From NCBI GenBank assembly GCA_036005125.1, contig DASYQV010000170.1:2407-66406 (forward strand): DNA of 64,000 nt, given 5' to 3'. Under the pieces are notes generated by a model. That model did not search any database, was not told the origin of the DNA, and saw only the letters and a program-made list of their open reading frames with translations. This DNA comes from Vicinamibacterales bacterium (GTDB lineage Bacteria > Acidobacteriota > Vicinamibacteria > Vicinamibacterales > UBA2999). Shown piece by piece: positions 36,166 through 44,837 of the stretch (positions are counted from its first letter, which is position 1; each line of letters opens with the position of its first letter). The translations under genes were made by a program, and so were the position numbers.

Positions 36166-36420
36166 GCCTTAGCCCGTTATGCGGCCCGGAACGAGAATTT
36201 TGTACGCGCTGTGCGACCGCATAACGGGCTAGGCGCGCGAAGCGCGCCAAAAGATACTGCTCTAACCAGCCGAGGGGCTCTGCCTGGGATATCAAGGGGC
36301 AGAGCCCCTTGGCTGGTGGAGATGTCCAGTCCCCGCACAGCGGGGCCCAGACAACACTGCCGCAGCGAAGCGGAGCCTCTCCGAGGAACAGACCACTCGT
36401 CTCGGGCGGAGCTTCGCTGG
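36166..36420. repeat. Modular MITE-like composite element, copy 3 (A-B-C plus module E)
   Basis: AGCCCGTTATGCGG...CCGCATAACGGGCT, GGCGCGCGAAGCGCGCC, AACCAGCCGAGGGGCTCTGCC...GGCAGAGCCCCTTGGCTGGT, then CCCCGCACAGCGGGG and module E (36362-36419). Fills the ftsY-ribD spacer. Confidence 0.85.
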
Positions 36421-36423
36421 CCG

Positions 36424-37350
36424 TTACCACTTTTCCTGGAAGAGGGCATCGACATAGTCCTGCGCGGAGAAGGGGATCAGATCGTCGATGCCTTCACCAA
36501 CCCCCACGTAGCGGATCGGCAGTTTGAGATCGTGCGCGATGGCCACCGCAACGCCGCCCTTTGCCGTGCCATCGAGCTTGGTCAGCACGATGCCGTTGAC
36601 GCCCGCGACGCTCATGAACTCGCGCGCCTGCGCCACGCCGTTCTGGCCGACCGTGGCGTCGAGGACCAGAAGCACGTCGTGTGGCGCGCCTTCGGCCGCG
36701 CGACCGGCGACCCTTCGGATCTTCTCGAGCTCGTTCATGAGGTTCACGCGGTTGTGCAGCCGGCCCGCCGTATCGACGAGGATCGGGTCGCGTCCTTTGG
36801 CCTTGCCGGATTGAATGGCGTCGAAGACCAGCGCCGCCGGGTCCGACCCTTCACGCGCGCGGATGATGTCCACACCGGCCCGGTCGGCCCAGATCTCGAG
36901 CTGCTCCACCGCGGCCGCACGGAAGGTGTCGGCCGCGCAGATGAGTGGCGACTTGCCGGTGGACCTGAGCAGGTTCGCGAGCTTGCCGATGGTCGTCGTC
37001 TTGCCCGTGCCATTGACGCCGACAATCAACGTGACATGAGGCGTACGGCCGTTCGGTGCGGGGCTGGTGTCGGCGCCCTGGAAGATCCGGCGTATTTCTT
37101 CCTTGACCAGGTCGCGCAGGCTTTCACCGCGTCGCGCGCGGCTGCGCACGGCTTCGACAATGCGTTCGGTAGCGGCGATGCCGACGTCAGCCGAGATCAG
37201 AAGCTCCTCGAGCGCCTCGATAGTGTCGACATCGACCGGCCGTGTCCGCTGCTCGGGCTCGTCGGCACGTTGGACGATCTCCTCGAAGCGGTCGACGATC
37301 TGTTGTTTGGTGCGGCTGAGCCCGTCGCGTAGCCGGTCGAAGAAACCCAT
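36424..37350 (-). CDS. ftsY: Signal recognition particle receptor FtsY
   Basis: MGFFDRLRDGLSRTK, GVNGTGKTTT, DTAGRLHN, TKLDGTAKGG. Confidence 0.95.
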   Translation of the reverse strand: MGFFDRLRDGLSRTKQQIVDRFEEIVQRADEPEQRTRPVDVDTIEALEELLISADVGIAATERIVEAVRSRARRGESLRDLVKEEIRRIFQGADTSPAPNGRTPHVTLIVGVNGTGKTTTIGKLANLLRSTGKSPLICAADTFRAAAVEQLEIWADRAGVDIIRAREGSDPAALVFDAIQSGKAKGRDPILVDTAGRLHNRVNLMNELEKIRRVAGRAAEGAPHDVLLVLDATVGQNGVAQAREFMSVAGVNGIVLTKLDGTAKGGVAVAIAHDLKLPIRYVGVGEGIDDLIPFSAQDYVDALFQEKW

Positions 37351-37383
37351 GTTGCGATCTTAATTCACGGGGAGATCGAGGAC

Positions 37384-37435
37384 ATTCATGATTCATGATT
37401 CTTGATTTCAAGTCGAAACACCCAATCACGAATCC
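37384..37435. repeat. Tandem-heptamer palindrome, GATTYGT type, locus H6 (short)
   Basis: CATTCATGATTCATGATTCTTGATTTC / CAATCACGAATCC. Confidence 0.75.
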
Positions 37436-37453
37436 TCTCCACGGAGCTCGACG

Positions 37454-38449
37454 TTACGTCTCCGCGCGCTGCGGACGCAGCATCAGGTCGTACACGGCGG
37501 TTCGCGGGTCTTTTCTGCCGGCCAGAAGTTCCGCGACCTGACCGGCAATCGGCAGCTCCACGCCGTGGCGCGCGCCAAGGGCCAGCGCCGCATCGGTGGT
37601 GCGGACGCCTTCGGCCACCATCTTCATGCCGGCCAGCACCTCCTTCAACGTGCGGCCGCGTGCGAGCTCGAGGCCGACGTGGCGGTTCCGGCTCAACGTT
37701 CCCGTACACGTCAGCACCAGGTCGCCGAGTCCCGTCAGCCCCGAGAGCGTTTCGCGCCGGGCGCCGGCCGCGCACGCGAGGCGGGTGATCTCGGCAAGGC
37801 CCCGCGTGATGAGAGCAGCCAGGGCGTTGCGTCCCAGACCGAGGCCCTCGACCATGCCGGCGGCAATCGCGATGATGTTCTTGAGCGCACCGCCAATCTC
37901 GACACCAATCACGTCGTCGCTGCCGTAGAGGCGGAAGTACGCCGCACGGAAATCGCACTGGACGCGCTCGACGGTCGCAGCGTCTCTGGAGGCCACCGAC
38001 ACGGCCGTGGGCAGCTCGCGCGCGAACTCGGCCGCGAAGCTCGGGCCCGAGAGTACCGCGACGTTGTATCCGGGGCCTGCCTCCTGCTCGATAATCTCCG
38101 AGACCCGGAACAAGGTGTCCTGCTCGAGCCCCTTTGCTGTGCTGACGATCGTCACGCCCGCAGGAAGATACGCGGCCGCGCGGCGAATGACGTCGCGTGT
38201 GCCGTGCGAGGGAACGGCCGACACCACGAGCTCGGTCTCGCGAAGCGCGTCCTCGAAGCTCGACGTGACGAGGAGCTGGGGTGGGAAGGTGACGTCGGGC
38301 AGATAAATGGCATTGGCGCGACGGTTGACCATGTCGGCGACGAGCGCCGGATCGCGCGCCCAGAGCCGTACGTGATGTCCCAGCCGCGTGAGATGCACGG
38401 CCAGCGCGGTGCCCCAACTCCCCGATCCGAGAACCGCCACGCTCTTCAT
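37454..38449 (-). CDS. gpsA: NAD(P)H-dependent glycerol-3-phosphate dehydrogenase
   Basis: MKSVAVLGSGSWGTALA start. The track ORF N-terminal extension is repeat-encoded (HKSQITNPKSQ). Confidence 0.9.
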   Translation of the reverse strand: MKSVAVLGSGSWGTALAVHLTRLGHHVRLWARDPALVADMVNRRANAIYLPDVTFPPQLLVTSSFEDALRETELVVSAVPSHGTRDVIRRAAAYLPAGVTIVSTAKGLEQDTLFRVSEIIEQEAGPGYNVAVLSGPSFAAEFARELPTAVSVASRDAATVERVQCDFRAAYFRLYGSDDVIGVEIGGALKNIIAIAAGMVEGLGLGRNALAALITRGLAEITRLACAAGARRETLSGLTGLGDLVLTCTGTLSRNRHVGLELARGRTLKEVLAGMKMVAEGVRTTDAALALGARHGVELPIAGQVAELLAGRKDPRTAVYDLMLRPQRAET

Positions 38450-38574
38450 TTGTGATTTGGGATTTGTGATTTGTGATTTGTGACTGTGGGTTTCGACGCG
38501 CAGCGCGCCCGGGCGCAATGACCATGCTTTAAATCGCAAATCACAAATCGCAAATATCGCAAATCGCAAATCAT
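38450..38574. repeat. Tandem-heptamer palindrome, GATTTGT type, locus H7
   Basis: Left arm TTGTGATTTGGGATTTGTGATTTGTGATTTGTGACTGTGG. GC-rich 36-nt spacer. Right arm AAATCGCAAATCACAAATCGCAAATATCGCAAATCGCAAATCATGA. It abuts the gpsA ATG and contains the plsY TGA. Confidence 0.95.
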
Positions 38575-39161
38575 GAGAGTCGTTGGCCAATGCGGCGCTC
38601 GGTGCCGGAACGCAGACGCGAGATGTTTCCGCGATGACCGTAGATCACGAGGAGCGCCGTGAGCAGTGCGCCGACTATGACGGCGGGTGGCGCTCCACTG
38701 GCGGCCGTTGCGATCGCCAGTGTTATCACACCGGCCAGCGAGCCCACGGAGACGTACCGCGTCACCGAAACGCCGATGATGAAAACGCCGCTGGCAATGG
38801 CGAGCGCGGCGGGCGCAAGCACCGCGAACATGCCGGCGGAGGTGGCCACACCCTTTCCTCCGCGCCAGCCAAGCCAGATCGGGTAAATGTGTCCGACGAT
38901 CGCCGCCACGCCGGCCGCAACCGGCGGCGTGGGGCCTGTCGCGATGCGCTGTGCGACCAGTACCGCCACCGCACCCTTCACGCCGTCGAGACACATCGCC
39001 GCCGCCGCCATCCGCATGCCGCTCGTGCGAAGCACGTTGCTGGCGCCGACGTTGCCGCTCCCGACGGTGCGCAAATCGATCCCGCGCCGCCGCGAGAGCA
39101 GAAATGCGAACGGCACGGAACCGACGAGATAGCCGAGCAGAACGGCGAGAAGTATGACCAT
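38571..39161 (-). CDS. plsY: Glycerol-3-phosphate acyltransferase PlsY
   Basis: LLGYLVGSVPFAFLL...DLRTVGSGNVGASNVLR...GGKGVATS. GAGGAGG Shine-Dalgarno before the ATG at 39161. Confidence 0.9.
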   Translation of the reverse strand: MVILLAVLLGYLVGSVPFAFLLSRRRGIDLRTVGSGNVGASNVLRTSGMRMAAAAMCLDGVKGAVAVLVAQRIATGPTPPVAAGVAAIVGHIYPIWLGWRGGKGVATSAGMFAVLAPAALAIASGVFIIGVSVTRYVSVGSLAGVITLAIATAASGAPPAVIVGALLTALLVIYGHRGNISRLRSGTERRIGQRLS

Positions 39162-39172
39162 GCCTCCTCGAC

Positions 39173-39288
39173 GGCTTCGGGCTTCGGACTCCGGGCTTCG
39201 GTCCCGATTCTCGTCCACTCCGCCGAACGTCCCGGGCCATGCAGGAGAATCAGGACCGTCGCCTGGCGCCAGAAGCCCGGAGCCTGCC
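39173..39288. repeat. Weak GC-rich heptamer tract (GGCTTCG type) in the thpR-plsY spacer
   Basis: GGCTTCG GGCTTCG GACTCCG GGCTTCG GTCCCGA on the left. A partial complementary CCAGAAGCCCGGAGCC on the right. Confidence 0.4.
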
Positions 39289-39861
39289 TCAGCACCGCAA
39301 TGGCGTGCGCAGCATTGAGACGTACGTGGGGCCCTTCGACGACAGCTTGCTCTGGAACAGTGTAATCGCGTCCACGTTCGTCGTTCCGATCGACTGCCCG
39401 GCAATCCCTTCGAACAGCGGGATCGGTCGCAGGCCACCGGCCTCGCGGACGCGCGCCAGGGTGAGGTGAGGAGCGTAGGGGCGCGCCTCCCGCTCGATTC
39501 CGAGCGGCTCGAGCCGGTCGCTTACGGCCTTTTCGAGCTCCAGCACCGAGTCGCGCCCGCGTCCGGCAGCCACCCAGACCACGCGCGGCGGGCCCTTCGG
39601 TGGAAAGACCCCGAGCCCCTCCCATGCAACAGCGAACGGCTCCATGGGAATCGCATCGCGGAGCGCCCCGAGAACCTCGCTTGCCCGTTCGTCACTCACC
39701 TCGCCGAGAAACCTGAGAGTGAGGTGCATGCGATCCGGCGTCACCCACGTGAGCCGCGCGTTGCGCGTCCCGCGGTCGACACGTCGCCGCAACTCGGCGA
39801 CGAGCGCTGCGGCCTCGCGCAGGACCTCCGCGCCGAGCTCGATCGCGACGAACAATCTCAT
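39289..39861 (-). CDS. thpR: RNA 2',3'-cyclic phosphodiesterase (2H family, LigT/ThpR)
   Basis: MRLFVAIEL start and two H-x-T-x motifs (MHLTLRFLG, PHLTLARV). Confidence 0.85.
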   Translation of the reverse strand: MRLFVAIELGAEVLREAAALVAELRRRVDRGTRNARLTWVTPDRMHLTLRFLGEVSDERASEVLGALRDAIPMEPFAVAWEGLGVFPPKGPPRVVWVAAGRGRDSVLELEKAVSDRLEPLGIEREARPYAPHLTLARVREAGGLRPIPLFEGIAGQSIGTTNVDAITLFQSKLSSKGPTYVSMLRTPLRC

Positions 39862-39871
39862 ATGGAAGGCG

Positions 39872-41014
39872 TCAGACAATCACCTTGCTCTCGCGCAACG
39901 CTGTGATCTCGGCCGCGGAGAAACCCCAGCTCGCGAGCGCGGCCTCGCTGTTCTGTCCCAGTCGGCCCGGCGGGCGGGGTACCGCCGGCGGCGTCCGGCT
40001 CAGGCGTGGCGCGGGGGCCGGTTGGGTGACGCCCGCGACGTCGATGAAGGTACTGCGCTGTTTCAAGTGCGGGTGCTCGGGCGCCTCGCCCGGTGTGAGT
40101 ACGGGAGCAAAGCAGACATCGCTGCCCTCCATGATTGCGCACCACTCCTCCCGACTCTTGGTCTTGAAAACCGCTCGCAGGCGCTCCTTCAGCGCCGGCC
40201 ACTGGTCACGGTCCATCCGGTTGGGAAGGCTCTCTCCAGCAAGGCCGGTACGCTCCAGGAGCTGGAGATAGAACTGCGGCTCGAGCGACCCGATCGAGAT
40301 GTACTTTCCATCCTTCGTTCCGTAAACCTCGTAGAAGGGCGCGCCCGTGTCGAGGAGGTTGGCGCCTCGCTCGTCGGTCCAGGAGCCGACGGCGCGCATA
40401 CCGTGCAGCATGGCCGAAAGGAGGGCCGCGCCGTCGACCATGGCGGCGTCGACGACCTGGCCTCGACCCGAGCGGCCGCGCTCCACGAGGGCACAGAGGA
40501 TTCCGAAGGCCAGCAGCATGCCTCCGCCGCCGAAGTCGCCAAGCAGGTTGAGAGGAGGCACGGGAGTCTCGCCCGATCGTCCGATTGGATGGAGGACCCC
40601 GGCCAAGGCGATGTAGTTGATGTCATGCCCGGCGGCGTGAGCCAGGGGCCCATCCTGCCCCCAACCCGTGACCCGCCCGTATACGAGCCTCGGTTGGCGG
40701 GCCAGGCAGATGTCTGGCCCGAGGCCCAGCCGCTCCATCACTCCCGGCCGAAAACCTTCAATGAGCGCGTCGGCGCTCTCCACGAGGCGGAGAACGCTCT
40801 CCACTCCCTTCGGGCTCTTGAGGTCGATGCCCACGCTCGGACGTCCGCGACTGAGTACGTCTCCAACCCTCGGAAGGTCGTCATGCGCCCGAGCCTCCGG
40901 GAGACGATCGACACGCAGAACGTCCGCGCCCATGTCGGCCAGCACCATGGCGGCGAACGGCCCCGGGCCAATACCCGCGATCTCAATGACCTTCAAGCCT
41001 TGGAGTGGGCCCAT
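39872..41014 (-). CDS. Family III CoA-transferase, alpha-methylacyl-CoA racemase-like
   Basis: [63 protein letters not shown]. Collinear with AMACR/Mcr as recalled from memory. Confidence 0.85.
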   Translation of the reverse strand: MGPLQGLKVIEIAGIGPGPFAAMVLADMGADVLRVDRLPEARAHDDLPRVGDVLSRGRPSVGIDLKSPKGVESVLRLVESADALIEGFRPGVMERLGLGPDICLARQPRLVYGRVTGWGQDGPLAHAAGHDINYIALAGVLHPIGRSGETPVPPLNLLGDFGGGGMLLAFGILCALVERGRSGRGQVVDAAMVDGAALLSAMLHGMRAVGSWTDERGANLLDTGAPFYEVYGTKDGKYISIGSLEPQFYLQLLERTGLAGESLPNRMDRDQWPALKERLRAVFKTKSREEWCAIMEGSDVCFAPVLTPGEAPEHPHLKQRSTFIDVAGVTQPAPAPRLSRTPPAVPRPPGRLGQNSEAALASWGFSAAEITALRESKVIV

Positions 41015-41033
41015 GGGACTCTTGGGCGTGAAC

Positions 41034-42332
41034 CTACGACGTCGCGATCATCCGTCGCACCATGTCGAGCGCGGCCTGCGATGCCTGGAACTTGACCTGC
41101 TCACGCTCGCCCATGAATCGCACCGTACGGACACGGCTCGCCTCCGGCGTGATGACCGCGACGCAGACCGTCCCGACGGGCTTCTCCGGCGTCCCTCCAC
41201 CAGGGCCCGCGATTCCGGTCACGCCGATGCCGACCTCGAGTCGAGCGCTCACCCGGATGCCCTCCGCCATGGCCACGGCCACCGGTTCGCTCACGGCGCC
41301 GTGTTCGGCGATGAGCGCGGCTGGAACGCCGAGCATCTCGGTTTTGGCGTCGTTGCTGTAGGAGACGACAGACCGATCCACGTACCGGGAGCTGCCGGCC
41401 ACATCGGTCAGGCGCGAGGTAATCAGGCCGCCAGTGCACGATTCGGCGACGCCAATGCGCCAACCGCGCGCGAGCAGGAGGTCGCCGACGACTTCTTCGA
41501 GCGCCCGGCCGTCCGTGCTGTACGCGTCACGGCCGAGGACCGCTCGCACGTGTTCTGCTGCACGATCGAGCGCCGATTCCGCCGCCTCCGGCGTCTCGGC
41601 GCGCGCCGACAGGTGCAGCTCGATCTGTCCGAAGGCGGCCAGGATGGTCGCCGAGATTGGGACCGCCGCCGCGGCCCAGGCCGCATAGAGCGGCTGCACG
41701 GCTTCTTCCGTGTGGGATTCGGTCCGTCCCGTAATCCGGATGATGCGGCGGCGCAGCGTCGTCATCGCGGCGCGGGACTGCAACCGGCTCTCGACCAGAC
41801 CGCGGAGCATCGGCTTGAGCTCGCGCGGAGGCCCCGGCAGCAGCAGCACGACACGGTCTCCGTGCTCGATCCAGAGTCCCGGCGCGGTGCCGTTGGGGTT
41901 GTCGATCGGGTCGGCGCCTTCAGGCACCATGGCCTGCCGGCGGTTGATCTCCGGCATCTGCCATCCGCGCGCTGCAAATCGCTGGCGAAGGCGCTCGGTG
42001 ATCTCCTGCCGCTCGTGGAGCTTTCGCTGAAGGACGTCGGCGACCACCTCGCGCGTCACGTCGTCATCGGTGGGCCCGAGGCCGCCGCACAGCACGATCA
42101 GCCCGGCGCGTTCGAGCGCGCTCCGGACGAGATGCGCCAGCTCGGCCCGATCGTCGCCGACGACCCCCTTGAATACGACCTCGATCCCGAGGGTGTTCAA
42201 CTGCTCCGTGATGTACAGCGAGTTGGTGTCGATGCGCAGCGGCGTCAGAAGCTCGCTGCCCACGGCGATGATCGCCGCCCGCTCGAACGGGGCCGGTCGC
42301 TGCTGCGGCATGGCGGCGTTCATGTCAGCCAC
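41034..42332 (-). CDS. cinA: Competence/damage-inducible protein CinA (MoCF-binding + PncC nicotinamide-nucleotide amidase domains)
   Basis: [10 protein letters not shown].....DTNS.YI...L..LGIEV, LGPTDDD, and a C-terminal ESCTGGL motif. Confidence 0.9.
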   Translation of the reverse strand: MADMNAAMPQQRPAPFERAAIIAVGSELLTPLRIDTNSLYITEQLNTLGIEVVFKGVVGDDRAELAHLVRSALERAGLIVLCGGLGPTDDDVTREVVADVLQRKLHERQEITERLRQRFAARGWQMPEINRRQAMVPEGADPIDNPNGTAPGLWIEHGDRVVLLLPGPPRELKPMLRGLVESRLQSRAAMTTLRRRIIRITGRTESHTEEAVQPLYAAWAAAAVPISATILAAFGQIELHLSARAETPEAAESALDRAAEHVRAVLGRDAYSTDGRALEEVVGDLLLARGWRIGVAESCTGGLITSRLTDVAGSSRYVDRSVVSYSNDAKTEMLGVPAALIAEHGAVSEPVAVAMAEGIRVSARLEVGIGVTGIAGPGGGTPEKPVGTVCVAVITPEASRVRTVRFMGEREQVKFQASQAALDMVRRMIATS

Positions 42333-42784
42333 CCGGGCATCGTCAGCAACAATGTCCGCATGACCAGATTGCCGTAAATGGCCGCCATGCCGTCGTCGGC
42401 CATCACGCCAAGGCCACCGGGCAAGCGTTCGAACCGTGCCGACGGAAAGGGTTTGATGACATCGAGGATCCGGAACACGACGAACCCGACGAACGCTCCA
42501 CGCACCGTGACCGGCAGCAGGAACAGCGTCACCAGCATGCCCACGACCTCGTCGAGCACGATCGGCCCCGGGTCGATGCCGCCGAAGTGATGCTCGGCCA
42601 CCGTCCCGCTCCAGATCCCGAGCGCGAACAGCGCGAGGATCACCACCACCTCGACAACCGTCGACCCCGTCGTCCGCACCGCAAAGAAGACGGCCAGGCC
42701 GGCGGCCGAGCCGAACGTGCCGGGTGCAACGGGTACGTACCCCACGTAGCCGAACGTGGCGATGAACAGCGCGAGACGGCGCAT
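42320..42784 (-). CDS. pgpA: Phosphatidylglycerophosphatase A
   Basis: MRRLALFIATFGYVGYVPVAPGTFGS...DEVVGM...FRILDVIKP. The track ORF N-terminal extension is repeat-encoded. Confidence 0.85.
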   Translation of the reverse strand: MRRLALFIATFGYVGYVPVAPGTFGSAAGLAVFFAVRTTGSTVVEVVVILALFALGIWSGTVAEHHFGGIDPGPIVLDEVVGMLVTLFLLPVTVRGAFVGFVVFRILDVIKPFPSARFERLPGGLGVMADDGMAAIYGNLVMRTLLLTMPGWLT

Positions 42785-42790
42785 CGGTCC

Positions 42791-42927
42791 CGATTCGTGA
42801 TTCGTGATCCGTGATTCGTGATTTGTGGTTCGTGAGTTTGCGATTCGCGATTTGTGGTTCGCGGCGAATCGCAAATCATTCCCACCAATCAGAATCACAA
42901 ACCAGTCACGAATCACAAATCACGAAT
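42791..42927. repeat. Tandem-heptamer palindrome, GATTCGT type, locus H8
   Basis: Left arm is ~10 units (GATTCGT GATTCGT GATCCGT GATTCGT GATTTGT GGTTCGT ...) to 42862. The right arm (GCGAATC GCAAATC ... ACGAATC ACAAATC ACGAATG) follows with no spacer. It contains the RDD-gene TGA and ends 6 nt from the pgpA ATG. Confidence 0.95.
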
Positions 42928-43942
42928 GCTTTTCGATGACGCGCGTACGGGTCAGGCGGTCGTGCACGGCGCGGCGGTCGGATCCGACGAGCGCGGGAAG
43001 GAACCCGAGGCCGAGCGACACGACCGACAGGGCGCCGGCAAGCGTGCGCTGAATCGCAATGCTTCCATCGAGCGAGTCGCGACCGTCGGCAATGACCCGG
43101 ATCCCGACAGCCATCTTGCCGATCGTCTGACCGCCCACGGCCGTAAACGCACTGAAGTACGAGAGCTTGAGCAGCAACAGGAACGTCAGCAGCGGCACCG
43201 GCGGAACGACTGCCCACTCGCTCATCGTCAGACCCGCGATGCGCAACGTGAAGTACACGATCGCCAGGTCGATGGCCAGGAGGAGCGCGTGATCAATCGC
43301 AAGCGCCGCGAGACGGCGACCGGCGATCCGGTCGACGCGCGTGCTGACACGCGGCACGGTCACGGGCTCGTGACGCGCAATCGTCGCGTCAGGAGGTGCA
43401 GCCGCCTCCTCGTGGAAGTCGAGCTCCATCTCGGGACGCGCAAGCTTCGATGCGGCACGTGGGCCGGGGTCCCCAACGCGCGTTTTTCCAGTCGCGGTCG
43501 CTCGCGACCGCGACCAGCCAGTGCTGGTTTCGCGGTCCGCCTGCGGCGGACCGCCGGGGTGGACGCGCGGTGAGTCGGGCGTCCGACGCACGGCCAGCGG
43601 TGGACGAGGCGCGCTCGGCAGCGCAATCAGCGGCGCGTCATCCGGACCGTAGGGACCGAATAACGGCAGTGCGACATCCGGTTTGCTCGGGGGCGGTGCG
43701 GCGGACGACGCGACCGGTGGTGGCGTCAGACGATCGCCGGCCGGCGACCGCGTTGCGGCGCGCCATCGATCCAGTTGGTCCAGCCAGACATCTGTCGAAG
43801 GAGCCTCGCCCTGATCCGGGTGAATTGTCACATCCGGGACTGCCGGCGCATCCTCACGCGCCATGAGCGAGAAATCGTATCCGCAGTTTTTGCACCGGTC
43901 GCCCGTCTCGAAGCCAAGATAACCGCACTTCGAGCACTTCAT
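42920..43942 (-). CDS. RDD-family membrane protein with N-terminal zinc-ribbon; repeat module D inserted in-frame in the linker
   Basis: MKCSKCGYLGFETGDRCKNCGY zinc ribbon, a Pro-rich linker, and a C-terminal RDD domain (AGRRLAALAIDHALL...VHDRLTRTRV). ATGA overlap with the upstream gene. Confidence 0.8.
   Translation of the reverse strand: MKCSKCGYLGFETGDRCKNCGYDFSLMAREDAPAVPDVTIHPDQGEAPSTDVWLDQLDRWRAATRSPAGDRLTPPPVASSAAPPPSKPDVALPLFGPYGPDDAPLIALPSAPRPPLAVRRTPDSPRVHPGGPPQADRETSTGWSRSRATATGKTRVGDPGPRAASKLARPEMELDFHEEAAAPPDATIARHEPVTVPRVSTRVDRIAGRRLAALAIDHALLLAIDLAIVYFTLRIAGLTMSEWAVVPPVPLLTFLLLLKLSYFSAFTAVGGQTIGKMAVGIRVIADGRDSLDGSIAIQRTLAGALSVVSLGLGFLPALVGSDRRAVHDRLTRTRVIEKHS
43466..43563. repeat. 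Repeat module D (98 bp), solitary copy inside the RDD-protein coding sequence
   Basis: GGGGTCCCCAACGCGCG...GTCGCGGTCGC-TC-GCGACCGCGAC...GCGGTCCGCC-TGC-GGCGGACCGC...CCGGGGTGGA. About 90% identical to 7654-7752. Confidence 0.9.
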
Positions 43943-44787
43943 GGATGTGCCTCGGGGTTGGACGCCGTGCCATCCCGGGCGGGCACGCCGGCCGTGGCAA
44001 GCAACTGCCGCTGAACGTCGGCGCGGAGGCGCTCGGCTTCGCCGCGAAGCGGGTCGGCGATACCAATCGCATCGAGCGCCCGGAGCGCGTCGCGGAGATG
44101 TCCATCGGCGTACAAAGTCCGGGCGCGCGCAAGCACTCTTTCCGATGATCGGGCTACCGGGAGCGGTTCCTCCGCCACCGCCGGCAGGCGCTCGCTGCGA
44201 GGCGCCGTGGGCATGTCCGCGAGCCACATGCCCATCGGGAATCCACCCAGCACCACGGCGGCAACCACGGCAACGAGCAGCGACGCGGCGAGGATCCACG
44301 GACCGCGGGCACCCGAGGCGGGGCGCGTACTTTCCCTGACACGGGCCGTCGCGCGCCGCTCCGTCGCGGCCCGCGGCACCTCGGCGACCGATGCCGGCGA
44401 GGCGGGCATACCCAATCGGTTCAGGCGCTCGAGAAACACGAGCGCGACATCGTGCGCCCCGCCCTGCTCGACCGCCTTGGTAATCAGCTCGCGGGCTTCG
44501 GCCGTTTCGCCGCGATTGAAGGCGGCGACTCCACGCTGCAACAGCTCCTCGGACTCCCGGTGACGCTCGGCCAGCGCGGTGCGCGCGCGCTCGATGTAGG
44601 CGCGAGCCCGATCGTGCCCGCGCTCGAGAAAGACGACCCGCGTCCAGACGTTGATGGCCTGCTCGAACTCGCCCGCAAAATACTGATCGAGACCCGAGAG
44701 AAGGAGCTGCTCGATCCGGGCTTCGCGGTCGGCCTCGCCTGGCTGGCCCGCGGGTTGGGATGGTTCGGTGCGCAACGGATCCGACAT
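43939..44787 (-). CDS. Hypothetical protein with TPR-like N-domain and one TM helix
   Basis: Start is placed at MSDPLRTEP (44787) because upstream codons lie in the REP element. A central hydrophobic segment WILAASLLVAVVAAVVLGGF. Confidence 0.6.
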   Translation of the reverse strand: MSDPLRTEPSQPAGQPGEADREARIEQLLLSGLDQYFAGEFEQAINVWTRVVFLERGHDRARAYIERARTALAERHRESEELLQRGVAAFNRGETAEARELITKAVEQGGAHDVALVFLERLNRLGMPASPASVAEVPRAATERRATARVRESTRPASGARGPWILAASLLVAVVAAVVLGGFPMGMWLADMPTAPRSERLPAVAEEPLPVARSSERVLARARTLYADGHLRDALRALDAIGIADPLRGEAERLRADVQRQLLATAGVPARDGTASNPEAHP

Positions 44788-44837
44788 CAGCCGCTCGCGA
44801 TTATCGCACGATCCGCCACGAAGCACACGACGATTGG

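Noticed and set aside
36116-36423. FMN riboswitch upstream of ribD, and a TPP riboswitch upstream of thiE (25835-25903).
   Set aside because: The ribD leader is fully accounted for by composite repeat copy 3 and lacks the conserved RFN core strings as I recall them. The thiE upstream spacer is only ~70 nt of heptamer-like sequence. A covariance-model search would be needed for a definitive negative.
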